Shown: piece by piece, positions 55,839 through 64,000 of the stretch
Position numbering within the stretch: position 1 is the first letter of the stretch
How the letters are laid out: the number at the start of each line of letters is the position of its first letter
DNA from: Chloroflexota bacterium
GTDB lineage: Bacteria > Chloroflexota > Anaerolineae > Aggregatilineales > Phototrophicaceae
Length of the DNA stretch: 64,000 nt
Direction of reading: 5' to 3'
Assembly: GCA_013388735.1 (NCBI GenBank)
Contig: JACAES010000062.1
Coordinates: 5,525-69,524, forward strand
The notes under the pieces: model-generated
The model's database searches: none
The model's input: the letters and a program-made list of their open reading frames with translations, nothing else
Told to the model about the DNA's origin: nothing
Translations under genes and position numbers: made by a program

Positions 55839-57293
55839 ATGCTGGTTTCGTTATTTGGTCGAAGAACGCTGATCGGCAAGCTGCGCTATTATTTTCTGGA
55901 ACGCCACTACAGCCAGACAATTCGCTATGGATTGATCTTCCTGTGCCTGGCGCTGACGCTGGCTTCGACGGTGTTGTTTCGCGGCGTGATCTTCGTCGGC
56001 ACAGATTTCCTGCCGGGGCTGATCCCGGTGCTGGCTTTCGTGGGGCTGGCGGCGGTGGTGGTGCTTTATAACCATCTGGAAATGGCGCTCCTGCTGGTCG
56101 TCGTCGTTTCGACCCTGCTGGCCGATGGCATCGGCACCGGCACCGGGACAAAAATCACCTTCACTTTTTTGCTGGCTATTCTGGTGGCCGGCCTGTGGTT
56201 ATTTCGGTTGGTAGTCGTTGATCGCCATATCACCCTGCGCCCATCGCCGGCGAACGCTCCCGCCATCATCTTCATTATAACGGTGGTCATCTCGACCGTC
56301 TGGAGTACGGTGTTCGTAGATCAGGAAGTCAGTTATCTGCTGAATGACAAGTTGTTCCCCCGCCTGATGACGGCGGCGGTACTGATTATCTCGCCGCTGA
56401 CCATGCTGATCTTCGCCAGAGAAGTGAAATCCATCCGAAGCATCCGGTTTATCATCTGGTGGTTCATCCTTGTGGGAACAATTTTTGGCGCTTACCGGCT
56501 TGCTTTCAACAACCTGCCTGCACCTTTGAACATGCGCGGGCAGTTCCCCACCTGGGTGGGTGTGCTGGCAATCGGGCAGATGCTTTTTAACACCCGGCTG
56601 CACCCGGTGTTGCGGCTGTTCCTGGGTGTCGTCGGTGGTGTCTGGTTTTACATCACCATCGGGCTGGGCATCAGCTGGTTAAGCGGGTGGGTGCCGCTGA
56701 CATTCACCTTCGGTATCCTGCTGCTGCTGTACTCGCGCAAGCTAACCGCCCTGGCGATGGTCGGTCTGCTGATCTTCTTGCTCCTGAACACCCAGTTGGT
56801 GGATGAAATCGTCGGCGCCGAAACCAACGAATCCGGCGATACCCGGACGGAAGCCTGGGAACGCGCGCTGAACATTTATGATGACCACTTTCTGTTCGGT
56901 ACCGGCCCGGCGGGTTATGCCTTCTACTTCGCCACCTATCTGGGGCCGGTTGGGTTTTCTCATAACAACTACATTGACATCATCTCTCAGACCGGCCTGC
57001 CGGGATTTCTCGCCTTTGTAGCCATCTGGGTTGGGATTGCGGTTGTTTCGGTACGAACCTGTTTTATCGTGCCGAAGGGAGGCTTTGAGCAGGCCGCCGC
57101 CTATGCGCTCCTGGCGGCCAATCTATCCACCTTCATTACGATGGCGTTGGGCGACTGGGTGACGCCGTTTACCTACACGCAGGGGCTGGGGGGTATAGAC
57201 TATACGATTTGGGCGTGGATTCTGGGTGGGCTGACGATTGCGTTCCACCACATTCTGCGATCCCGTCAGAGCGGCGAGGCAGTATCAACATGA
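55839..57293 (+). CDS. O-antigen ligase / Wzy polymerase family protein
   Basis: about 12 TMs, R..AW..AL, FGTGPAGY and SHNNY loop. Confidence 0.82.
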   Translation: MLVSLFGRRTLIGKLRYYFLERHYSQTIRYGLIFLCLALTLASTVLFRGVIFVGTDFLPGLIPVLAFVGLAAVVVLYNHLEMALLLVVVVSTLLADGIGTGTGTKITFTFLLAILVAGLWLFRLVVVDRHITLRPSPANAPAIIFIITVVISTVWSTVFVDQEVSYLLNDKLFPRLMTAAVLIISPLTMLIFAREVKSIRSIRFIIWWFILVGTIFGAYRLAFNNLPAPLNMRGQFPTWVGVLAIGQMLFNTRLHPVLRLFLGVVGGVWFYITIGLGISWLSGWVPLTFTFGILLLLYSRKLTALAMVGLLIFLLLNTQLVDEIVGAETNESGDTRTEAWERALNIYDDHFLFGTGPAGYAFYFATYLGPVGFSHNNYIDIISQTGLPGFLAFVAIWVGIAVVSVRTCFIVPKGGFEQAAAYALLAANLSTFITMALGDWVTPFTYTQGLGGIDYTIWAWILGGLTIAFHHILRSRQSGEAVST

Positions 57294-58831
57294 AGCGCAT
57301 CGGCATTGTTATTCTGATCTTGTTAGGCGTTATTCCGCCCCTGACCGCGCAGGGGCAGCAGCCATCTGAAACAACCTGGTCATCCCCGCTCTTTCTGGGT
57401 ACCGGCTGGTGGCAGAGTGTGACGATAGACCAGGAAGGGCGTCTGCACGTGGCCTGGTACGGTGGGCTTGAACTCGACGACGGCCTGTCCCATGACATCC
57501 TGGCCTATACCAACCGCGCCCCCGACGGCACATGGACTCCCCTGAACGATGTCATCTACACCGGCGACGGCGGTTATACAGTTCGCAATGCTCTGGCCGT
57601 CACCAGTGACGGCATTCTGCACACGGTCTTTCGAGCCGTCACCAAACACCAGTACAGCCGCGCCCCCGCCCGCGCCGCCGACCAGGCCGGACTGTGGCAA
57701 GCGCCGCTCGACCTGAATGACGGCGGTTATTATATTGATCTGACAGTCGGCGAGGGTGATGTGCTGCATCTGCTGTACAGCGGCGGCCTGGGCGCAATCA
57801 GCCGGGGGCAAACCATCAACTATGCGGAACTTAGCCCGTGCGCCTTCTGCAATGATATGTTCTACCGCCGTTCAGATGATGGCGGGAGAAGCTGGAGCGC
57901 GCCCTACCCGCTCTCATTTGAAGCCGAAACCGGCTCTGACCGCATGGATATTTTTGAAGGGCAGACCGGAAACCTGTACGCTGTCTGGGACGAGGGATAC
58001 GACTGGTATGCCGGGCGCGGCGCGGCGCTCGATGTGCGCGTAGCCTATTCGCTGGACAGCGGCCTCACCTGGTCAGAGCCGATTATCCTGGACGGCGGCG
58101 GGTTCGCCGATCGAAAGCCGATTCAGATCGCGGGGGTCGAACTGATGGATGGGTCGCTGATGGTCGTATGGCGCTACTCCACCGATTTCGACCGTAACAT
58201 TTACTACCAGATCACCGGCGACCTGGGGGAAACCTGGACACAGCCACAGCCGATTCCCGGTTTTGTCACGCGCAGCATCCTGGATACCCCGCTGGACGAT
58301 TACGAGCTGGTGATTGACCGCCTGGGCAACGTGTCGCTGTTCGCCACCGGCCAGCCTAACGCGCAGGCCCGGTTGAACGCAGCCCTGTACCATGTTCAGT
58401 ATCGCAATGGCAACTGGCTTGCCCCACAGCGCCTGTTTTACCTGCGCGAAGAACGGCCTGAGTGGCCGAAAGCTGCCGTCGGGCCGGACAACACCCTGCA
58501 CCTGACGTTTTTTACACGCGGCCTGCGCGAAGACGCCAGAAGCCTGTCCGAAGACACCGGCTTCCGCATGTATTACATGAACCTGCCGGGCCGGCTGCCC
58601 TCGACTGCCCAGGCGTTCAGGCCGACCGAAACACCGCGCCCCACACCAACCATCGTTCAGGACCTGCCGCCGACCACAACCCCTTTCCCAACCGAACAGC
58701 CGATCACCGAAATTGTTCAGTTGACGACAACGGACAATTACGCTTCGCAGATTGTGCTGGGCGGTTTGTTCGCTGCCGGGCTGCTGTGCGCCATCATCCT
58801 GGCCGCTGTCCGGTTCATCGGTCGGAAATGA
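57290..58831 (+). CDS. secreted BNR/Asp-box beta-propeller (sialidase-like) with C-terminal membrane anchor
   Basis: Asp boxes RSDDGGRSW, YSLDSGLTW and ITGDLGETW; signal peptide; Pro/Thr linker; C-terminal TM plus basic tail. Confidence 0.75.
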   Translation: MKRIGIVILILLGVIPPLTAQGQQPSETTWSSPLFLGTGWWQSVTIDQEGRLHVAWYGGLELDDGLSHDILAYTNRAPDGTWTPLNDVIYTGDGGYTVRNALAVTSDGILHTVFRAVTKHQYSRAPARAADQAGLWQAPLDLNDGGYYIDLTVGEGDVLHLLYSGGLGAISRGQTINYAELSPCAFCNDMFYRRSDDGGRSWSAPYPLSFEAETGSDRMDIFEGQTGNLYAVWDEGYDWYAGRGAALDVRVAYSLDSGLTWSEPIILDGGGFADRKPIQIAGVELMDGSLMVVWRYSTDFDRNIYYQITGDLGETWTQPQPIPGFVTRSILDTPLDDYELVIDRLGNVSLFATGQPNAQARLNAALYHVQYRNGNWLAPQRLFYLREERPEWPKAAVGPDNTLHLTFFTRGLREDARSLSEDTGFRMYYMNLPGRLPSTAQAFRPTETPRPTPTIVQDLPPTTTPFPTEQPITEIVQLTTTDNYASQIVLGGLFAAGLLCAIILAAVRFIGRK

Positions 58832-58911
58832 TGGGTTTTAGCCCATCGTAAGGGTATACCGGGTAGAGTTCAAGGCGTATCCCTGATCTTATAATGGAGG
58901 ATGCGCCGGAT

Positions 58912-60888
58912 ATGACGCAGGCGCTCAACGCAAAAACGATCTGGGCTTTCATCAGGGAAGCCAGCTTCACAATCACGCCGCATCCGGTCAAACGGCGTGA
59001 TTGGTTCGTCCTGGCATTCATCCTCATCGTCGGCGCTGTGCCGCGTTTCGCCTATCCCGAAGCCATTGACTGGAGCAAAGACCATTCCGATATGGCGATG
59101 ATGGCGCAGGACATCGTGGACGGCAAAGGCATTCCGCTGGTCGGGCAGCCCTCATCGGCGGTCATTCCCCATTCGCCGTTTTATATTTATATCCTGGTGC
59201 CGCCCTACGCCTTGACCGATGACCCGGTCATCGTCACCATGTTCATTACCGCGCTCGATCTGGTCGCCATAGGGCTGCTGTGGTTTCTGGCCTTCCGTTA
59301 CTTCGGCCCGGCTGCGGCGCTGGCCGCCGGGCTGGCCTACGCCGCGAATCCCTGGGCGATTGGTTTCAGCCGCACCATCTGGTCAGGCGATCATCGTGTC
59401 CCGCTGCTGCTGCTGGCGGTGCTGCTGGGTTTTTATGGCTTTCTGGAAGGGAAACGGTGGGCGCAAATCCTGTGCCTGCCCATCCTGCTGATCGCCCTGC
59501 AAGTCCATTTTGCGGCCTGGGCGCTGCTGCCGGTATACCTGTGGCTGGTCTGGGCGGGGCGCGCCCGCACCACCCGGCGAACGCTGCTGATAAGCGTGAT
59601 CCTGGGCATTCTGGTGATCCTGCCCTTCACCATCGGCACGATCCAAACGCTGACTTCCGATACCCGACTGGTGACGGATTTCCAGGGGCAGGATCGGGAA
59701 CTTTCCATCCGCAATCTCGCTAAACCCTGGGGGCAGGTGGTGTGGCTGGCGACCGGGCTGGGATCGGAACAGTACGCAGCGCGCGAAACCGCCGCCGAAC
59801 TGATGGCAGAAATCAACCTGCCGGTGTTCCTGTGGGTTCTGCTGGGCGCGGCGGTGGCTGCCGGTTTAATCGGCATCTGGAAATACGCGCCGCCGCCGGT
59901 CGGCATCTTCGTGCTGCTGTGGGCGTTCCTGCCGCCGCTGGTTTTTACGATACCGATTGTGGACGTGTACCCGCACTACTTCATACCGAGCATCCCCGTT
60001 TACAGCCTGCTGGCCGGCATCGGCATCCGCCGGATGATAGAGGCGCTGAACGCCCGGCTGCCGGCTGCCAGGGCGGTCGTCGGGGCGCTGTTTGCGATCA
60101 TCTTCCTCACACAGATTTTGTTCAACAACGCCCTGACGGTTTATGCCGATACCCACTTCACGGCAGGACAGTTCGGCTCCGGCACGCCCATGCACTATAT
60201 GAAGAATGTAGCCGCCGAATTACAGCAGCATGAGGATATTGTGGTCATCGCCAGTGACGACTGGCTGGATTTCAGCCGCACCGGCTCCTGGATGTGGGCG
60301 CCTTTCCTGCGCGATACAGCGGCCTGTCTGCGCGACATCCGTCCCGGCCAGAATGTCGCCGTCTTCCCCGACGGTCCGTTCGCGGCGACCTTCGCCCCGC
60401 GCGTCCCGGCAGCGCCGGTACTCGACGCCCTGTATCGGGCAGGGACGCCGACCGACATCCCGCTCAGGCCGGGCGAAGGTATCTACAGCATTTACAACTT
60501 TGCGCAGGCCCCAGCCTGGAACGGGCCGGAACTGACGCCGGTCACGCCGGCGCGCTTCGAAAACGGCGTCACCCTGACCGGCTACCACCTCAGCAGCGAG
60601 CAGATCACCCTGGAATGGAACCTGCCGGAAAAAAGCAAAACCAACTATCAGTATTGGATCGAAGCCCTGGATGCCGACGGGCAGTCGTTGGGCCGCCTAG
60701 AAGCCGACTTCTGGCCCGGCATCAACTGGTGCGCGGGCGACCGGCTGCTGACCTGGGCGGACGCCGGCATCTCCGCCGATCTGGACACGCTGCGGATCGG
60801 GCTGCAAGCCGCCGGGGCGGATACGCCGCTGAACATCCTTGACCAATCCGGGCAGACCGCGGGCAGCAGCGTGGACATCCGGCCATGA
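58912..60888 (+). CDS. GT-C fold glycosyltransferase (ArnT-like) with C-terminal beta-sandwich
   Basis: PLVGQPSS, HSPFYIY, AANPWAIGFSRTIW and YPHYFI; GGAGG RBS at 58896 favours the 58912 start. Confidence 0.8.
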   Translation: MTQALNAKTIWAFIREASFTITPHPVKRRDWFVLAFILIVGAVPRFAYPEAIDWSKDHSDMAMMAQDIVDGKGIPLVGQPSSAVIPHSPFYIYILVPPYALTDDPVIVTMFITALDLVAIGLLWFLAFRYFGPAAALAAGLAYAANPWAIGFSRTIWSGDHRVPLLLLAVLLGFYGFLEGKRWAQILCLPILLIALQVHFAAWALLPVYLWLVWAGRARTTRRTLLISVILGILVILPFTIGTIQTLTSDTRLVTDFQGQDRELSIRNLAKPWGQVVWLATGLGSEQYAARETAAELMAEINLPVFLWVLLGAAVAAGLIGIWKYAPPPVGIFVLLWAFLPPLVFTIPIVDVYPHYFIPSIPVYSLLAGIGIRRMIEALNARLPAARAVVGALFAIIFLTQILFNNALTVYADTHFTAGQFGSGTPMHYMKNVAAELQQHEDIVVIASDDWLDFSRTGSWMWAPFLRDTAACLRDIRPGQNVAVFPDGPFAATFAPRVPAAPVLDALYRAGTPTDIPLRPGEGIYSIYNFAQAPAWNGPELTPVTPARFENGVTLTGYHLSSEQITLEWNLPEKSKTNYQYWIEALDADGQSLGRLEADFWPGINWCAGDRLLTWADAGISADLDTLRIGLQAAGADTPLNILDQSGQTAGSSVDIRP

Positions 60889-60918
60889 TTTTAGGCCGCC
60901 TGCGCGCCGCCGCAAACG

Positions 60919-60959
60919 TTAGGTTTTTGTAAGGGCTTTTCGCTACGCTTCTTTATAAT
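60919..60959 (+). promoter_or_regulatory. direct repeat TTAGG-N6-TAAGG at the -35 region, plus -10 TATAAT
   Basis: repeats at 60919-60923 and 60930-60934; TATAAT at 60954-60959; 13/16 identical to the 53734 site. Confidence 0.5.
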
Positions 60960-60989
60960 TCCCATAACAATCAGAACGGGCAATCCACT

Positions 60990-61421
60990 ATGGCTGTACT
61001 GAAAACCGACCAACCCTTCACCGTTTCGGAAAAACCCAAAACCAGCGCCAACCTGCAAGCGTTGGGGCTGGTGCTGGCGAGTGTGGCCTTTGGCGCGGTC
61101 GGCCAGCTTGTCCTTAAGGCCGCCATGAACAGCCTGGGGGAACTTCAGCTTTCGCTGGAAACGCTGCTGGCGATGGCGACCAGCCCGCTGCTGCTGGTGG
61201 GCGTTGCCATCTTCGCCATCAGTACGCTGCTGTGGCTGCTGGCGCTGATAAAAGCCGATCTCAGCTTCGCCTATCCCTTTCTGAGCCTGACGTATATCGC
61301 CGTCCTCATCGGCGGCGCGGTGCTGTTCCACGAGCAGGTGACGTTTGACCGGGTGTTGGGTTTCGCGGTGATCGTCACCGGCGTGTGGATCGTCGCGCGC
61401 AGCGAAAAGCGGTCGGCCTGA
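60990..61421 (+). CDS. EamA/SMR-type small transporter (ArnE/ArnF-like flippase)
   Basis: four TMs, GQLVLK, DLSFAYPFLSL and LFHEQVT. Confidence 0.82.
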   Translation: MAVLKTDQPFTVSEKPKTSANLQALGLVLASVAFGAVGQLVLKAAMNSLGELQLSLETLLAMATSPLLLVGVAIFAISTLLWLLALIKADLSFAYPFLSLTYIAVLIGGAVLFHEQVTFDRVLGFAVIVTGVWIVARSEKRSA

Positions 61422-61422
61422 A

Positions 61423-62739
61423 ATGCGTATCGGAATTATCGGCGGCGGTTTGATGGGTATCGCCCTGGCTTACTTTTTGACGGAAGCCGGGGAACAGGTG
61501 ACCGTCCTGGAGCAGAGTGATAAGCTGGGCGGGCTGAACGGCCAGCTTAGCTTTGGCGATGGGCTGGCGGTCGCGCGTTACCAGCACGCCATCCTGCCCA
61601 ATGATGAAACCACACGCCGCCTGTGCGCCCACCTGGGGTTGGAAAACGAACTGGTTTTTGATGATGTCAAAACCGGCTTCATCCACGATAACCGGCTTTA
61701 CCCGATGTCCACCCTGCTGGACTTTTTATCGTTTGCCCCGCTCAGTTTCGGCAGCCGCCTTCAACTGGGCAGTATGCTGGTGCGGGCGCGCCGCTACCGC
61801 GACTGGCAGGCACTCGACCGGCTGCCCGTTAAAAACTGGTTGGTGAAGATGAGCGGCCAGGAAGCCTTCGAGCGCATCTGGCAGCCGCTGCTGGAAACCA
61901 AATTTGACGGCGCTTACGAAACCATCCCGGCCACTTACGTGTGGGCCTGGCTGAACCGGATGCTGGCCGTCCGCCGTATCCCTCACTTCAAAAGCCGCGT
62001 GGGCTACCTGCGGCGCGGGCATCATTCGCTCATTCAGGCGTTGGCGGACGACTTCACTGCGCGCGGCGGCCAGGTGGAAACCCAGGTGCGCGTGCGCGAA
62101 ATCGTCGTCGGGAACGGGCGCGTTCAGCAGGTTCGCACGCATAACGGCCTGCTGGAATTCGACGCCGTTGTGGCGGCGGTCGCTACCCCGGTTTTCGCGC
62201 GGCTCATGCCCGGCGCGGATACCGCCTATCTGGAACAGTTAAGCCGCGAGAAGTACCTCGGCCTGATCTGCCCGGTGATGGTGCTGGACAGGCCGCTTTC
62301 CGGCTACTGGACGCTGAACCTGACCGACCCGAACAGCCCGTTTTCCAGCATCATCGAAACGCCGCACCCGGAACAGGACGGATACCACATCGTTTATCTG
62401 CCCCGTTACACCGCGCCGGATAACGACTGGATGGGCGTTTCTGACGACGACATCCGGGAAGCCTGGCTATCGCATCTGCGGCAGGTTTTCCCGCAGATGC
62501 ACGGCAAAGACCCGCTCTATTTTTCGGTCAGTCGGTCGCGCTATGTCGAGCCGGTCTATTCGATTCATGACACCGACAAGATTGCGCCGGTGCAGACGCC
62601 CTACCAGGGGTTGTATCTGGCGAATACCGGCCAGGTCTACCCGCAGCTTCCGTCCAGTGAGGCGGTTATCGTCCAGGCGCAGCGGGTCAGTCAGATGATT
62701 CACCGGCAGCGGCTTGTGCCTGCCGCCGTCTTGAGTTAA
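61423..62739 (+). CDS. FAD/NAD(P)-dependent oxidoreductase (amine oxidase / protoporphyrinogen oxidase fold)
   Basis: IGIIGGGLMG Rossmann motif, E....LGG and YQHAI; a family often found in glycan clusters. Confidence 0.82.
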   Translation: MRIGIIGGGLMGIALAYFLTEAGEQVTVLEQSDKLGGLNGQLSFGDGLAVARYQHAILPNDETTRRLCAHLGLENELVFDDVKTGFIHDNRLYPMSTLLDFLSFAPLSFGSRLQLGSMLVRARRYRDWQALDRLPVKNWLVKMSGQEAFERIWQPLLETKFDGAYETIPATYVWAWLNRMLAVRRIPHFKSRVGYLRRGHHSLIQALADDFTARGGQVETQVRVREIVVGNGRVQQVRTHNGLLEFDAVVAAVATPVFARLMPGADTAYLEQLSREKYLGLICPVMVLDRPLSGYWTLNLTDPNSPFSSIIETPHPEQDGYHIVYLPRYTAPDNDWMGVSDDDIREAWLSHLRQVFPQMHGKDPLYFSVSRSRYVEPVYSIHDTDKIAPVQTPYQGLYLANTGQVYPQLPSSEAVIVQAQRVSQMIHRQRLVPAAVLS

Positions 62740-62773
62740 ACCCGATCAGGAGGGAACGGGCTTCCCTTCGCCA

Positions 62774-63997
62774 ATGAATAGACAGAAAACCATGCGCGTT
62801 CTTTTGCTCACTCAGGTTCTACCTTACCCCCCGGACAGCGGGCCGAAGGTCAAAACCTACTACGTCCTCAAATACCTGGCGCAGCAGCACGATGTCACCC
62901 TGGTGTCGTTTGTGCGGGACAGCGATAAACCCGAATACATTCGCCACCTGGAAAGTCTGTGCGAGCGCGTCGTCACCGTGCCGATGAGCCGTTCGCCCGT
63001 CCGTGACCTGGGCTTCCTATTCAAAAGCCTGACCGGCGGCCAGCCCTGGATGATGCTGCGCGACGAGCGCCCGGAGATGCGCGCCGCCCTGCGCGACCTG
63101 GCGGCCACGACGCACTTCGACGTGGTACATGCCGATCAGCTCAACATGGGGCAGTACGCCCTGCCCTTCACCGGCAGCCGCAAGGTACTCGACCTGCACA
63201 ACGCCCTGTGGGTGCTGTACAAACGGCTGGCCGAAACCTTGCCGCCGACCAAACCGATGAAATATATCCTACTGCGGGACTGGCGGCTGCTGAGGCGTTA
63301 CGAGGGCGCGCTGTGCCGCGCTTTCGATGCCGTGACCGCCGTCAGCCAGGAGGACCGCGCCGCGCTGATCGAGGCCGGCGCGCGCGACGACATCGCGGTG
63401 ATCCCCATCGCCATAGACACCGACGAGCAGGCTTTCATCCAGCGGCAGCCTTCCGGGCCGCACATCGTCCACATCGGCACCATGTACTGGCCGCCCAACA
63501 TTGACGGCATCACCTGGTTCCTGGACGAAATTTACCCGCGCATCAAACAGCAGGTGCCGGATGTTCGCTGCACGCTGATCGGCGCGCGGCCCCCGGCCAG
63601 CATCGTGGAACGCAGCCAGCGCGACCCCTCGCTGACCGTCACCGGCTACGTCGAAGACCCGCTACCCTATCTGCGCGACTCCAGCATGATGATCGTGCCG
63701 CTGCGCGCCGGCGGCGGGATGCGCGTCAAAATCCTCAACGCGCTCTCGCAGGGCATCCCGATGGTCAGCACTACCGTCGGCTGCGAAGGCATCGCCGTCG
63801 AAAACGACCGGGATATCCTGATCGCCGACGCGCCGCAGCCGTTCGCCGCCGCCTGCGTTCGCCTGCTGGCGGACGCAGACCTGAACGCCCGCATCACCCG
63901 CGCCGGACGCCAGACCGCCGAACAGCAGTACGACTACCGACAGGCCTGCCGCCCGCTGGATGCCATCTACGCGCCGGAAGCCCGTCAGCAGGTATAA
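62774..63997 (+). CDS. glycosyltransferase family 4 (GT-B)
   Basis: PYPPDSG, DLHN, MYWPPNIDG, PLRAGGGMRVKILNAL and GCEG. Confidence 0.9.
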   Translation: MNRQKTMRVLLLTQVLPYPPDSGPKVKTYYVLKYLAQQHDVTLVSFVRDSDKPEYIRHLESLCERVVTVPMSRSPVRDLGFLFKSLTGGQPWMMLRDERPEMRAALRDLAATTHFDVVHADQLNMGQYALPFTGSRKVLDLHNALWVLYKRLAETLPPTKPMKYILLRDWRLLRRYEGALCRAFDAVTAVSQEDRAALIEAGARDDIAVIPIAIDTDEQAFIQRQPSGPHIVHIGTMYWPPNIDGITWFLDEIYPRIKQQVPDVRCTLIGARPPASIVERSQRDPSLTVTGYVEDPLPYLRDSSMMIVPLRAGGGMRVKILNALSQGIPMVSTTVGCEGIAVENDRDILIADAPQPFAAACVRLLADADLNARITRAGRQTAEQQYDYRQACRPLDAIYAPEARQQV

Positions 63998-64000
63998 AGC

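Overview
GC-rich chromosomal window, most likely from a Chloroflexota (Anaerolineae-like) bacterium; the taxonomy is inferred from gene content. From left to right it holds: an arginine operon (argC-argB-HNH gene-argD-argJ-carA); a DUF433/PIN toxin-antitoxin pair; a Uma2 nuclease; a heterodimeric ABC exporter with a long structured leader; a cobalamin-riboswitch-controlled BtuFCD transporter; several GT-C/GT2 envelope glycosylation genes; FHA, Roadblock and PLAT genes; a trmD interrupted by TAA at the conserved Glu116; the phosphomutase-DUF3090-SCO1664 trio; an ECF sigma/anti-sigma pair; tRNA-Leu(CAA); a large DeoR-regulated L-rhamnose locus; pdxT; a 96-aa protein that is 58% Asp/Glu; and an exopolysaccharide cluster. 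The strongest leads are (1) a Wzc-type tyrosine kinase fused to a C-terminal excisionase/MerR-like HTH, together with an 11-bp-period TTAGG-type direct repeat upstream of several glycan operons, (2) a RhaEW whose aldolase domain has lost all three Zn-ligand histidines while two intact stand-alone aldolases sit in the same locus, (3) the hyper-acidic small protein, (4) an M23+CHAP-like wall hydrolase embedded in the rhamnose operon and (5) the trmD nonsense codon. No CRISPR array, integrase or transposase was seen. All family assignments come from motif recognition by eye, not from database searches.
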